Shown one piece after another: positions 20,267 to 29,442 of a DNA stretch of 64,000 nucleotides (its first letter is position 1; every line of letters starts with the position of its first letter). Origin of the DNA: Smithellaceae bacterium (GTDB lineage: Bacteria; Desulfobacterota; Syntrophia; Syntrophales; Smithellaceae); the NCBI GenBank assembly GCA_963667845.2, contig CAXXVL010000001.1, positions 96,001 through 160,000 on the forward strand. Reading direction: 5' to 3'. Both the position numbers and the translations under genes were made by a program. The notes under the pieces are model-generated. The model was not told the DNA's origin. It did not search any database and worked only from the letters and a program-made list of their open reading frames with translations.

Positions 20267-21133
20267 ATGAAAAGAATTCTGCCCCTCATCATTTTTGCTT
20301 CATTGTTGTGTTCTTCGTCCTTTGCCGCGGATTGGAAGAGTCCGGCGGACCTGGCTATCGGCATGTCGCGAGACGCGGTGGTCAGCCTGGAAAATAAAAA
20401 AGACAAGTCCCCGCAGGATATCTATACCTTGACGATCGTTTATTACCGGGAGTTTCGGCTGTCGAAATTGAAGCAACTGCTTGGCGATCAGGAAAAGAGA
20501 GTCGCAAACGGTCCTCAGCTGAAACTGCTGCAGGGGATTGTGTTCATGGGGGAGCACCGCTATCAGGAAAGCCGTGCTGTTCTGGCCGGGGTCATCAAAG
20601 CGTATCCCGATTTTTATCCGGCGGCAGTCGCGTTGGCGCATCTTGACTATCTGCAAAAGGATTTTGACCGCGCCTATCAGAGGGCGTTGCAGCTGATCGA
20701 GAAGCGCAAAGAGCTTTCACGGTTTCACTTCACCGTAAGCCTGATGCTGGCTGCCGGAGCCAAGGGGGTCCTCGCCAAACGAAATCTGCTCGTCGCCATC
20801 CCCGCCTACTTTGAAGTCAACGGATATCTGGCGGAGGCGCAAAAACAAATGCCTGATTCCGCCGAAGTGCTCTATGCGGTCGGGTCGTATCATCTTTTAA
20901 CGCCGGCGGTCGCCGGCGGCGATGTGGAAAAGGCGATTGCGCTTCTGGAGCGGTCCAGGCAGATGACACCACTGAATCCGGATGTGTGCGTGCGCCTGGC
21001 CCAGGCCTATCGTGCTAACGGCCGTCCGGACGTTTCGGGCAAATACCTGCGTCAGGCGGCGCAATTGGATCCGCGAAACGAACTGCTTGTCGATGATCTG
21101 TCGGGCCAAAAAGCTTTTCTGGATGTTCCGTAA
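20267..21133 (+). CDS. Exported tetratricopeptide-repeat protein
   Basis: Signal peptide MKRILPLIIFASLLCSSSFA; TPR-like helices (AEVLYAVG, KAIALLERS...P, LAQAY...LRQAAQLDP). Confidence 0.75.
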   Translation: MKRILPLIIFASLLCSSSFAADWKSPADLAIGMSRDAVVSLENKKDKSPQDIYTLTIVYYREFRLSKLKQLLGDQEKRVANGPQLKLLQGIVFMGEHRYQESRAVLAGVIKAYPDFYPAAVALAHLDYLQKDFDRAYQRALQLIEKRKELSRFHFTVSLMLAAGAKGVLAKRNLLVAIPAYFEVNGYLAEAQKQMPDSAEVLYAVGSYHLLTPAVAGGDVEKAIALLERSRQMTPLNPDVCVRLAQAYRANGRPDVSGKYLRQAAQLDPRNELLVDDLSGQKAFLDVP

Positions 21134-21218
21134 ACAATGATCGGCGCGGCAGGTAAGGGGACGAAGACAGAGGCGGAAATAATCTCCTGAGTGTAAAAGC
21201 AGGCCTCAGGATTCGGGC

Positions 21219-21272
21219 TTAATCCCGCTCTGCGGGGCGAGCGTTAATTCGTAGCTTGCTGCGAAGTTGCTT
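21219..21272 (+). repeat. Dispersed repeat family A, short form (copy 3)
   Basis: TTAATCCCGCTCTGCGGGGCGAGCGTTAATTCGTAGCTTGCTGCGAAGTTGCTT. Confidence 0.8.
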
Positions 21273-23814
21273 AGTTGCCCGAGCGGAGCGTGTCGGCGTT
21301 CTCATTGATCTCGTGATCCACAGCGAGCAGCGCGGGGCGGAGCTTATCTCCCGATCGTTCGCGTCTCACCATCCCGCAGGACAAAGTAAACAACTGGGTC
21401 ATGACCTCATCGACGATTTCGCGGGGGATGCCGTAGTAGAGGAAATTGATGGGCATCCCTTCACCCAGCAGGTAAAAGATTTTGTTCTTTTCGGGATCAT
21501 CCGGGAAGACAATCGCTGCCTGATACCCCTGCAGAACGCCGGTCTGAAGATCCCTCAGCGCCATAAAGTCGACTTTCGCAGTCTTCCCGCCGATCTGCGG
21601 GTCCGCCACATCGCTGAGCGATTGCAGGTAATTCTGCAAATGGGAGAATTCCACCGTTTTGGTGGAGCCGCTCGCGAAGAAGACGGCGCGGTACGGGTTG
21701 TGCAGAATAATGTCCTCAATATGCTTGGGCTTCAGAATGGAAGCGCCGACCACGCCGATGAACATGTCGATGCGGGTGAGGACGTCCTTCCCCAGGTCAT
21801 CGATTGTTCTCACTTCGGGAACAGCAGAGGCTTTCCCGGGGGCCGCGATGTCCACGCCGAAGAGCTGTCCGGCCGGAATACGATTTCCCAGTTCCCGTTT
21901 CAGAAATCCGCCGATCGCGCCTGCTGAACCGAGCACGGCGATGGTTCGGCGGGAAAAAAGCATGCCCAGCCTGTTCAGGATGGTTTCGACAGCGTTAAGA
22001 ATGGACATTGCGCATTCGCGGGCCTCCGGGCCCCTTTTCAGGCCGGAGACGGCAATGGTGGCCGCGGGAAACTGCAGTTTCCCGAATTCGGCCATGACTT
22101 CGGCATTGTAATCGTAGCCGTTTTTCGTGTGCTCAACGCTGCCCAGAAAAGTCCCCGAAAGCCACGAGGCTATGGAACTCTTTTCGTCGCCCGCCTCTGG
22201 GGCCAAGTGAAAATAGTCGAAGACTTCTGAGACCGTTTTATGTTCCAGACAAAAGCGGTTGAGGAGCGGCGCGAGATAGCCGCCGTCTTCCACCAGCAGC
22301 AGCTCTTCGCCCCTCCGGCGGGCCAGCATCATTTCCCTGAGGAAGATGTGACCGGACGCCAGACGCATCGAGCCCAGAAAATCCAGCTCGCTTCTCAAAA
22401 CAATATCGTCGATTTCTTCGAGTCCGGCAAGCGGGGTAAACTGGTGTGAAAAATGATAGAGCCCGGCCAGCTTCTGCCGCGACTCGATTTTCTGCAGAGA
22501 GTAAAACCGGAAGGTTTCCGGCGGCAGGGACATGAGGGTCTCCAGATAGGCTTCCGGAACGATGCCCGAATATTTGACAAAAAACGAGGTGAGCCTTGCG
22601 CATCCGGCTTCGGCAAACGCCTGGAGAAGGCCGATAACCTCAGCGGTGTTGTGATGAATCAGAAAGAGCCTGACATTGCTGAGCGCATCTTTGTGCTCTC
22701 TCGCTCGGCGCGACAGGGCGGGCATCTGGGCCAGGTAATCACTGAGCGTCAAAACGGTGCGGAAGTCGTCAAAGCTCACATTCAGACAGACACCATACCG
22801 GGACACATCGAAATAGACATGAAACGATCCGGAGATCATTTCCAGAAGGCTTCCCCGGGCGAGCAATTGCAAAATGCGGGGATCCTCCAGTAGCTGGATC
22901 TCTTTGACGAGGAGCTGGAGTGATTTTGTCAGATCGTCGTGTGAGGCGGTGTTTTCCAGGAAAAGGATCTGCCGGTCGTCCGTCGGCCAGGTGAAATGCA
23001 CGGTTTGAAGATAGGGCAGGCCCCCTTCTCGCAGATGGGCGAAAAAGTCGGGCAGACGGTTCGGACTTTCGCTGTATTCGGAGCGGTTGTTCATATACTC
23101 GCGAAGCATCCCCTGGTGAATTTTTTCGGCCGTCGGATAAATATCCGCCAGATACGCGCCGTGGACGGTCTGATCCACAACGCGATGGGGGATGTGCTTG
23201 AGCTGCAGGCGGGAGCAGGCGGCATCTTCAATCGTGATCCGGAGAAACCGGCCGGGACTGCTCAGTTCCACCAGATAATAGCTGCCGTTTTTTTCGTCCC
23301 GGTCATGGAGATGAAACGGGAACAGCAGGGCAGGGGGCGCGCCTCCGGCGTTTTCCGGATCTATCCCGTAGAATTCCGGAAAGAGAATTCCGCCCCATTT
23401 TTCGGTCTGCAGCGCACGGAAGATGACCTGCATGCGGTTGCCGAAATTTCGATAATCGAAAGGGAGATTGTCCGCGGCGTCGAGCCTTACATAGAGCATA
23501 ATCCAGTCCAGGCCGGTTTGAGCAAGCTCCGGCGTCAGGCTCGGATCAACCCGGCGGCGCACCATGATATCGGCAATGCCGAAGCCGCACTGCTCGATGA
23601 CTTCATCCACCAGGAGCTGGACAAACGTGTGCAGATTGCGAAAGATGCGAATATTTGTGAGATCGATGACATAGTGTCTTTCGCCTTTGCGGACCAGCGG
23701 AACGCCCAGCGCCGTGAGCTCTCGCTCGGCTTCCCCGGCCGGCGCTTCTTTTATGTCTTTGGCTTCCTGCTCCCGGATCAAGGTCCGGAGCATGTCGCTG
23801 ACATCACGCTTCAT
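21271..23814 (-). CDS. Unknown N-terminal region fused to a divergent S-adenosylhomocysteine-hydrolase-like domain
   Basis: C-terminal motifs occur in AdoHcyase order: LIHHNT, VEDGGYL, GSVEHTKNG, FPAATIAVSGLK, VLGSAGAIG, YLLGEGMPINF. Confidence 0.65.
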   Translation of the reverse strand: MKRDVSDMLRTLIREQEAKDIKEAPAGEAERELTALGVPLVRKGERHYVIDLTNIRIFRNLHTFVQLLVDEVIEQCGFGIADIMVRRRVDPSLTPELAQTGLDWIMLYVRLDAADNLPFDYRNFGNRMQVIFRALQTEKWGGILFPEFYGIDPENAGGAPPALLFPFHLHDRDEKNGSYYLVELSSPGRFLRITIEDAACSRLQLKHIPHRVVDQTVHGAYLADIYPTAEKIHQGMLREYMNNRSEYSESPNRLPDFFAHLREGGLPYLQTVHFTWPTDDRQILFLENTASHDDLTKSLQLLVKEIQLLEDPRILQLLARGSLLEMISGSFHVYFDVSRYGVCLNVSFDDFRTVLTLSDYLAQMPALSRRAREHKDALSNVRLFLIHHNTAEVIGLLQAFAEAGCARLTSFFVKYSGIVPEAYLETLMSLPPETFRFYSLQKIESRQKLAGLYHFSHQFTPLAGLEEIDDIVLRSELDFLGSMRLASGHIFLREMMLARRRGEELLLVEDGGYLAPLLNRFCLEHKTVSEVFDYFHLAPEAGDEKSSIASWLSGTFLGSVEHTKNGYDYNAEVMAEFGKLQFPAATIAVSGLKRGPEARECAMSILNAVETILNRLGMLFSRRTIAVLGSAGAIGGFLKRELGNRIPAGQLFGVDIAAPGKASAVPEVRTIDDLGKDVLTRIDMFIGVVGASILKPKHIEDIILHNPYRAVFFASGSTKTVEFSHLQNYLQSLSDVADPQIGGKTAKVDFMALRDLQTGVLQGYQAAIVFPDDPEKNKIFYLLGEGMPINFLYYGIPREIVDEVMTQLFTLSCGMVRRERSGDKLRPALLAVDHEINENADTLRSGN

Positions 23815-23854
23815 GAATCATGTTCTCCATCGGTAAAAAAGATATCGCCCCTGC

Positions 23855-24822
23855 TTACGGATTAACATCGAGCAGGACTTTCAGCGCATCGCTCTTTCGC
23901 GCCCGGACAAACGCCTTCTGTACTTTATCCAGCGGATAACGCGCCGTAATCAGTTTGCTAAGCGGCATGTCGGGATAATTGCGCATGATGTTCAGGCCGT
24001 CGGCAAAACGGCCGCAACGCGACCCCAGAATCGTCTGCTCATTGATGACAATGGGCGCCAGGTTGACATCGCCGGAAACGGCAACGGTCGATTTGAGAAC
24101 AATGGTCCCGCGCGGCCGGCACAGCTCCATCGCCGAAACAACGCCCGCCCCGAACCGGTCGCTTCCACAACAATATCGGCTCCCGGTGAAACGTCCTTTT
24201 CACTCAAAGTCGTTTTGATGTTTCGCCACCTAGCCACTTCCAGTTTTTCCGGGTGATGCCCCACCACGGTTACATCTTCCAGAACGGTGGAGAGCACCCA
24301 GGCGCAAAAGATTCCCAATCTTCCGTCGCCCAGAACAACAACCCGTTCGCTGCCGCTTACAGACAATTGTTCCAGAATCTCGCAGGCCGCTGAAAGCGGT
24401 TCCGTAATCACGGCTCGTTCATCGGGAATCTCTTCCGGGACGGCCAAAAGGTTGGCCACCGGGAGCTGGCAGTATTCGGCCATGCAGCCGTCGTGATTGA
24501 TGATCCCCAGGGTGGTCCGGTTCGGGCAATGCCTCCCCAGGCCGCGGGCACACCAGTCGCAATGTCCGCAGCCGGCGTTTATTTCTCCGACGACCCGCTT
24601 TCCAATCCACTGACTGTCGGCGCATTCCTCGACCACGCCGACGAATTCATGCCCCAGGACTCCCTTAAAACCCATATAGCCCTTCATGATTTCCATATCG
24701 GTTTTGCAGATGCTTGCCAGCTTAATTTTGATTCTTGCCCAGCCGGGTTTTAAGACCGGCACGGGATAGTCTTGAACATACCTTAGTTTCCCGTCAAAAA
24801 CTGCCGCCGCCATTTTCTCCAT
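23855..24822 (-). pseudogene. Zn-dependent MDR alcohol dehydrogenase-like gene split by a 1-nt frameshift
   Basis: ICKTD, GHE, CGHCDWC...C and GDGRLG lie in ORF 23992-24822; the C-terminus is in ORF 23855-24130. One extra G at the G4 run (24148-24151) gives EATGSGAGVVSAMELC and a 322-aa product. Confidence 0.8.
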
Positions 24823-24837
24823 GCCACATTTCCTTTT

Positions 24838-25866
24838 TTATGACTCCCGAAATTTGCGGGCCTTTTCTTTCAACGTGCGGAAATATTCCGTCTCCACGAT
24901 TTCCGAAACCTCCCGGGCCTGCCTTTTGCGGTCTATCTTGATTTGCAGTTCCTCTACCTGCCGCTGCAGATTCTTTTCTCTTTCCTGAACTTTCCCGGCC
25001 ATCTGTTGAAAGGCGCGCGACAGGTGCCCCAATTCATCGGTGCGTGCGGAAACGCTTTCCGGCAGCGCGAGATCATAGTTTCCTTTTTCTATGGATGCGG
25101 CTGCGCGCGCGAGATGGGCCAGGGGGTCGGTGACTTTTCTCACGAAAACAAGGGAGGCAATAAACCCGATCACCAGCAGAAAGACCGAAACGATCGCGGC
25201 GATGTAAAAGTTTTCGACCATCGCTTCGTGCGAAACAAGATCATCGAACACCGCCCAGATAATGGAGCCGGCGGTGGCCAGAATGGCGATAATCAGCAAC
25301 GCGGTGATCATCAGGATCGTGCGCGTCTCCAGTGTCAAGGCAATCCTTCTGATCCCAACAAGAACCACCGGCACCAGAACGAAACCATTGACGGCATCCG
25401 TGAGAAATGCCGGCAGAATCCAGGCATGCACCGAGGAGGGGAACGTCATGAAATGAAGAAAGAGAATATCCAGCCCTACGGCGGAGCCGACGCCCAGGGC
25501 ACAGGCCAGGACGATGCTCATCTGCAGGAGGCCGAATTCGCGGACAGTCGTGATGCGGGCAATGCCCGCATAACCGATCAGCCCCGGAATAAGCCCCATC
25601 AAGCCGTTGGCGATATGCCAGTTCCAGAATTTGAATAGACCAAATCCGGAAATGCCGTCCCCGATGATATTGCCCGCGAAACCGGCGATAAAACCCGCCA
25701 GCGGATGACAGACGATTCCCACGATCATGGGCAGGGCAATTTGCGGCCGAAGCGAAATGATCGGCGCGGAGGGCAAAAGAAATATATTGGACAGGCTGTT
25801 GAGTAAGCCGTAAACGACGGCGAAGGCGCATCCGGCGAAGAGGATGTTTCTGGTGCTCGTCCTCAT
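24838..25866 (-). CDS. Membrane protein: ECF S-component-like domain + HAMP + short helical tail
   Basis: LRPQIALP...AGFIAGFAGNIIGD...WNWHIANGLMG resembles an ECF S-component; VTDPLAHLARAAASIEKGNYD...DELGHLSRAFQQM is HAMP; no enzymatic output domain follows. Confidence 0.75.
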   Translation of the reverse strand: MRTSTRNILFAGCAFAVVYGLLNSLSNIFLLPSAPIISLRPQIALPMIVGIVCHPLAGFIAGFAGNIIGDGISGFGLFKFWNWHIANGLMGLIPGLIGYAGIARITTVREFGLLQMSIVLACALGVGSAVGLDILFLHFMTFPSSVHAWILPAFLTDAVNGFVLVPVVLVGIRRIALTLETRTILMITALLIIAILATAGSIIWAVFDDLVSHEAMVENFYIAAIVSVFLLVIGFIASLVFVRKVTDPLAHLARAAASIEKGNYDLALPESVSARTDELGHLSRAFQQMAGKVQEREKNLQRQVEELQIKIDRKRQAREVSEIVETEYFRTLKEKARKFRES

Positions 25867-26618
25867 GCCTCGATCCTCCCGATGATTTTATTCATTTCCC
25901 GGGTGTCGGCATGGTCGGGATACTTGAGGCAGAAGATGCCGGCGCTGGCGAGCGTCATCATCTCGTCGGAATGCCTGAGGACACCGGCGACAGCGCAGTC
26001 GTAAGTTGCAGCGATCTTGGCGGCCAGGGCGTCAGGCTCAAAGCCGGCGGGCGTTTTATTGACGATCAAAAACATGCCGGGAACTTCCAGCTGCCGCGCA
26101 ACTTCGACCGTCACAGCCGTGCCCTGGTAATCCTGATGGTCCGGGCGCAGAATGATGAGCAGGATGTCGGCAATGGCAATAGACATTAAAGTCTCTTCGT
26201 TCAGGCCCGGATGGGTGTCAATAAAAAGATAGTCCAGTGCCAGGTGCTTGATCAGCGTTTGATACCCTTCTTTCAGAAGATTGATGTCGTAGCCGTAATG
26301 CAAAACGCGGGCGATGTCGCCCGTGCGAATGCTCGACGGGATCAGGAAAAGTTTTCCGGCCGCCCCGGGAACCAGAACGGCGGATACATCACAGGCGGCG
26401 CGAGCGATTTCGCATTTGCCCCATAAAAAATCATTTAAGGAAAAGGCGATATCCCCGGGGGCGAGGTTGAACAGAACATGAATGCCGGGTGATTGGATGT
26501 CCGTATCGACAATGCCGACGCGTTTGCCTTTTTGCGCGAGCAGGCAGGCCAGATTGGCCGTGGTGTTTGATTTTCCCGTTCCGCCCCGAAATGAATGAAT
26601 CGCGATAATTTTAGGCAT
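25863..26618 (-). CDS. MinD/ParA-family ATPase
   Basis: HSFRGGTGKS Walker A, VDTDIQSPG, FIDTHPG, LIVNK; GGAG RBS before ATG 26618. Confidence 0.88.
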   Translation of the reverse strand: MPKIIAIHSFRGGTGKSNTTANLACLLAQKGKRVGIVDTDIQSPGIHVLFNLAPGDIAFSLNDFLWGKCEIARAACDVSAVLVPGAAGKLFLIPSSIRTGDIARVLHYGYDINLLKEGYQTLIKHLALDYLFIDTHPGLNEETLMSIAIADILLIILRPDHQDYQGTAVTVEVARQLEVPGMFLIVNKTPAGFEPDALAAKIAATYDCAVAGVLRHSDEMMTLASAGIFCLKYPDHADTREMNKIIGRIEA

Positions 26619-26645
26619 GAGATCTTCTCCCAACAGACAGAAGAG

Positions 26646-26674
26646 AGTATAGGAAAGGCCCTGATGCAAGTCAA
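26646..26674 (-). promoter_or_regulatory. sigma70-type promoter of the MinD-like operon
   Basis: Minus strand TTGACT-17 nt-TATACT. Confidence 0.72.
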
Positions 26675-26693
26675 GAATATCTTGGAAAAGAAC

Positions 26694-26777
26694 AGTTTTA
26701 AGTCTTAAGTGTTAGGCGTCATCGAAAGTAATACTCATCTCCATTTTTTTAACTTAAATCTTAAATCTTAAAACTTA
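26694..26777. repeat. AT-rich inverted heptamer arrays (family D)
   Basis: AGTTTTAAGTCTTAAGTGTTAGG ... CTTAAATCTTAAATCTTAAAACTTA; same unit as 6018-6225. Confidence 0.65.
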
Positions 26778-28634
26778 TTCTTGCTGCTTTGCACTGTCCC
26801 AGGCGTCGTCATGGACGTTGGGGATCGTTTCGCGGTCGATCGCGAGGAGCTGTTCCTGCAGCTCGATCTGTTCCCGGGTGCTGAAAATATAGGATTCCTG
26901 ATCGTGACGATGCGCCGCCAGTGTGCGCAGCGCCGCTTCGTCGTAGCGGATGAAATTCTGACCGGCGCGCGTGGCGCTGTATTTGCGGAATCCCAGTTTA
27001 ATGAGGACATCAACACCCAGACGCACCGACGTATCGAGCGACTCCCGGTAGATGTCCTCGACGCCCATATCCAGCAGGTCGTATGCGTCGATGCGGCTTT
27101 TCGCGCGCACCATGACCCGGAGATCGGGAAAGGCCTTCTTTATTTTTTCAACCAGGCCAAAGTTGATTTCGGGCGAGTCAATGGCGGCAATCATGATTTT
27201 TGCCCGGTTTGCCCCGGCCGATTTCAAAATGTCCAGACGCGTGGCGTCGCCATAAAAAACCGTAAAGCCCATTTTTCTTAAAAGGTTAACACGATCCGAA
27301 TCATTATCCAGAATGGTCGCGCTGACGCCGTTGGCCCGGAGAAACCGGCCGACCGTGCTGCCGAAATGGCCAAACCCGGCGATGATGACGGGATGTTCTT
27401 CCTCAATGGCATCCGCCTCTTTTCCCCCGGCGGCCTCCCGTATCCCGAACCGCGGCAGAATCAGGCGCTCATTCATCACAAGCAGAAGCGGCGTGATCGT
27501 CATGCTGATGGCCGTGGCGCCCATCATCATGTCCGTCCACTGCACGGATAAAATATGGAGCTGCGCGATAAACGCGAACAGGACAAACGCGAATTCGCCG
27601 ACCTGTCCCAGGCCCAGCGTAAAGATCATGTTCTGGTCGAAACTCAGGCCGGATACTTTGCCGGTTACAAACAGCACGAACGATTTTATGATGATGATTC
27701 CGCCAACCAGGGCCGCAATCTGCAAAGGATTGCCGAGCATCAGTTTGAAGTTGATGGAAGCACCGACCGCGACAAAGAACAATCCCAGCAGAATGCCTTT
27801 AAAGGGTTCGATGTCGCTTTCCAGCTCGTGACGGAATTCGCTGGTTGCCAGAACCAGACCGGCCAAAAAGGTTCCCAGGGCGGGGCTCAACCCTACGAGC
27901 ATCATCAGGTAGGCCGTGCCGATAACGATCAGGAGCGCCGCTGCCGTAAACAATTCCCGGAGCCGGATGCGCGCGATGAAGCGCAGAAAAGGCACAAAGA
28001 CAAAGCGGCCGACGAGCACGACGGCGTTGATGGCGATGAGCAGGGTCAACGTCTGGGCCCAGCCGGGCAATCCCGTCATCCAGGTGGCCGGCTCAGAGGA
28101 GGGCCCTTTGGCGGCGGTAATGGCCAGAAGCGGTAAGAGTGCCAGAATGGGGACGACGGATATATCCTGGAAGAGCAGCACAGCGAAGGAAGCGTTTCCC
28201 GACTCGGTTTTGGTCAAGCCTTTTTCCCGGAGCGTTTGCATGACAATGGCCGTGGACGACATGGAAATCGCAAGGCCGGCTGCCAGTGCCGCCTGCCAGG
28301 TCAATCCGAACATCAGGAGGGCGGCAAAGCTGATCAGGGTCGTCGCGCAAAGTTGCAGGCTCCCCATGCCGAAGATCAGCTTGCGCATTCTCCAGAAGGC
28401 CGTCGGCTCGAGCTCCAGGCCGATGAGAAAGAGCATCATCACTACGCCGAACTCGGCAAAGTGCATGATGTCCTTTCCTTCCGTTCCGATAAAACCCAGA
28501 AAGAAGGGGCCGATGATGATGCCGCCCAGCAGATAGCCCAGGACGGACCCCAACCCCAACTTCTTGGCAATCGGCACAAAGACCACGGCGGTTGCCAGAT
28601 AAATTAAAGCATCCAGGAGGAAGGTGCTGCCCAT
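26775..28634 (-). CDS. kefB: KefB/KefC-type K+/H+ efflux antiporter (CPA2 + KTN)
   Basis: HFAEFGVVMMLFLIGLEL, LLFQD, HELESDIEPFKG, AGFGHFG, FYGDATRLDIL. KefB vs KefC cannot be resolved by eye. Confidence 0.88.
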   Translation of the reverse strand: MGSTFLLDALIYLATAVVFVPIAKKLGLGSVLGYLLGGIIIGPFFLGFIGTEGKDIMHFAEFGVVMMLFLIGLELEPTAFWRMRKLIFGMGSLQLCATTLISFAALLMFGLTWQAALAAGLAISMSSTAIVMQTLREKGLTKTESGNASFAVLLFQDISVVPILALLPLLAITAAKGPSSEPATWMTGLPGWAQTLTLLIAINAVVLVGRFVFVPFLRFIARIRLRELFTAAALLIVIGTAYLMMLVGLSPALGTFLAGLVLATSEFRHELESDIEPFKGILLGLFFVAVGASINFKLMLGNPLQIAALVGGIIIIKSFVLFVTGKVSGLSFDQNMIFTLGLGQVGEFAFVLFAFIAQLHILSVQWTDMMMGATAISMTITPLLLVMNERLILPRFGIREAAGGKEADAIEEEHPVIIAGFGHFGSTVGRFLRANGVSATILDNDSDRVNLLRKMGFTVFYGDATRLDILKSAGANRAKIMIAAIDSPEINFGLVEKIKKAFPDLRVMVRAKSRIDAYDLLDMGVEDIYRESLDTSVRLGVDVLIKLGFRKYSATRAGQNFIRYDEAALRTLAAHRHDQESYIFSTREQIELQEQLLAIDRETIPNVHDDAWDSAKQQE

Positions 28635-28642
28635 CGGTTTGT

Positions 28643-29242
28643 TTATCCCTTATTCTCTAAAAGCCAGTCGTTCAGATAATCATAACGACGGATGGATTCG
28701 CTGGCAAGTCCGCCCGTGGTCAGCCTGGCAAGCAATTGATGGTAGAGTTCGACCTCCCGGGCCAGTTGCTGATCCGTCAGCAGGTAGGTGCCGTGGATGA
28801 CCCAGGGAGGCCAATAGGTCATCCGGCACAAAAAGGCAGTCTGCTCGAAGGGAACGAGAAACTCCCGAATGGTAAAACGATTATACTGATTGGCCGCGAA
28901 AGATTCCCGGGTTCCGCCGGCCGTGAGAACATTAAAGACGATTTTATCCTTGAGCGCGTTTTCCGTGCCGCCGTGCGCCCAGCCGTATTCCAGCACCAGA
29001 TCGATCCACTGCCTGAGCATGGCGGGCGCGCTGTACATATAGAAAGGATGATGCCAGAGGATGACCTCATGCCTGAGCAAAAGGTCTTTCTCCCGTTCGA
29101 CATCAATATTGAAATCGGGATACTGTTCATAGAGATCATTCAACGTGACGCCCCTGATCCGATCGACGCCGTTAAGCAAAGCAAGATTGGTCTTTGACTT
29201 TTCAAACCGGGGATGTGCAAAAAGGATGAGAACGTTGTTCAT
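28643..29242 (-). CDS. kefG: KefG/KefF ancillary NAD(P)H oxidoreductase (flavodoxin-like)
   Basis: ILFAHP, DLYEQYPDFNIDV, HPFYMYSAPAMLRQW, PFEQTA; directly upstream of kefB. Confidence 0.85.
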   Translation of the reverse strand: MNNVLILFAHPRFEKSKTNLALLNGVDRIRGVTLNDLYEQYPDFNIDVEREKDLLLRHEVILWHHPFYMYSAPAMLRQWIDLVLEYGWAHGGTENALKDKIVFNVLTAGGTRESFAANQYNRFTIREFLVPFEQTAFLCRMTYWPPWVIHGTYLLTDQQLAREVELYHQLLARLTTGGLASESIRRYDYLNDWLLENKG

Positions 29243-29442
29243 GAGCATTCCCTAAATCACCGTGGCGGCTTTAAAAGATCTGTTCTTTGTTATTCCGGGT
29301 TGGCACCTGCCCCTTTTGGCGGGATGCGCGGGAACGACACCTTTAAAAGTATTGTATCGACGAATATTCATTGCCTTTCAAGGATCAGCTTCGGCCAGGG
29401 GAAGGCGCCCGGGACGCAAATGAAAGTGCGCTTCCGACACCG

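Noticed and set aside
25863..26618. Annotation as cell-division minD or partitioning parA
   Set aside because: No minC/minE or parB nearby, a variant Walker A, and an unrelated operon context.
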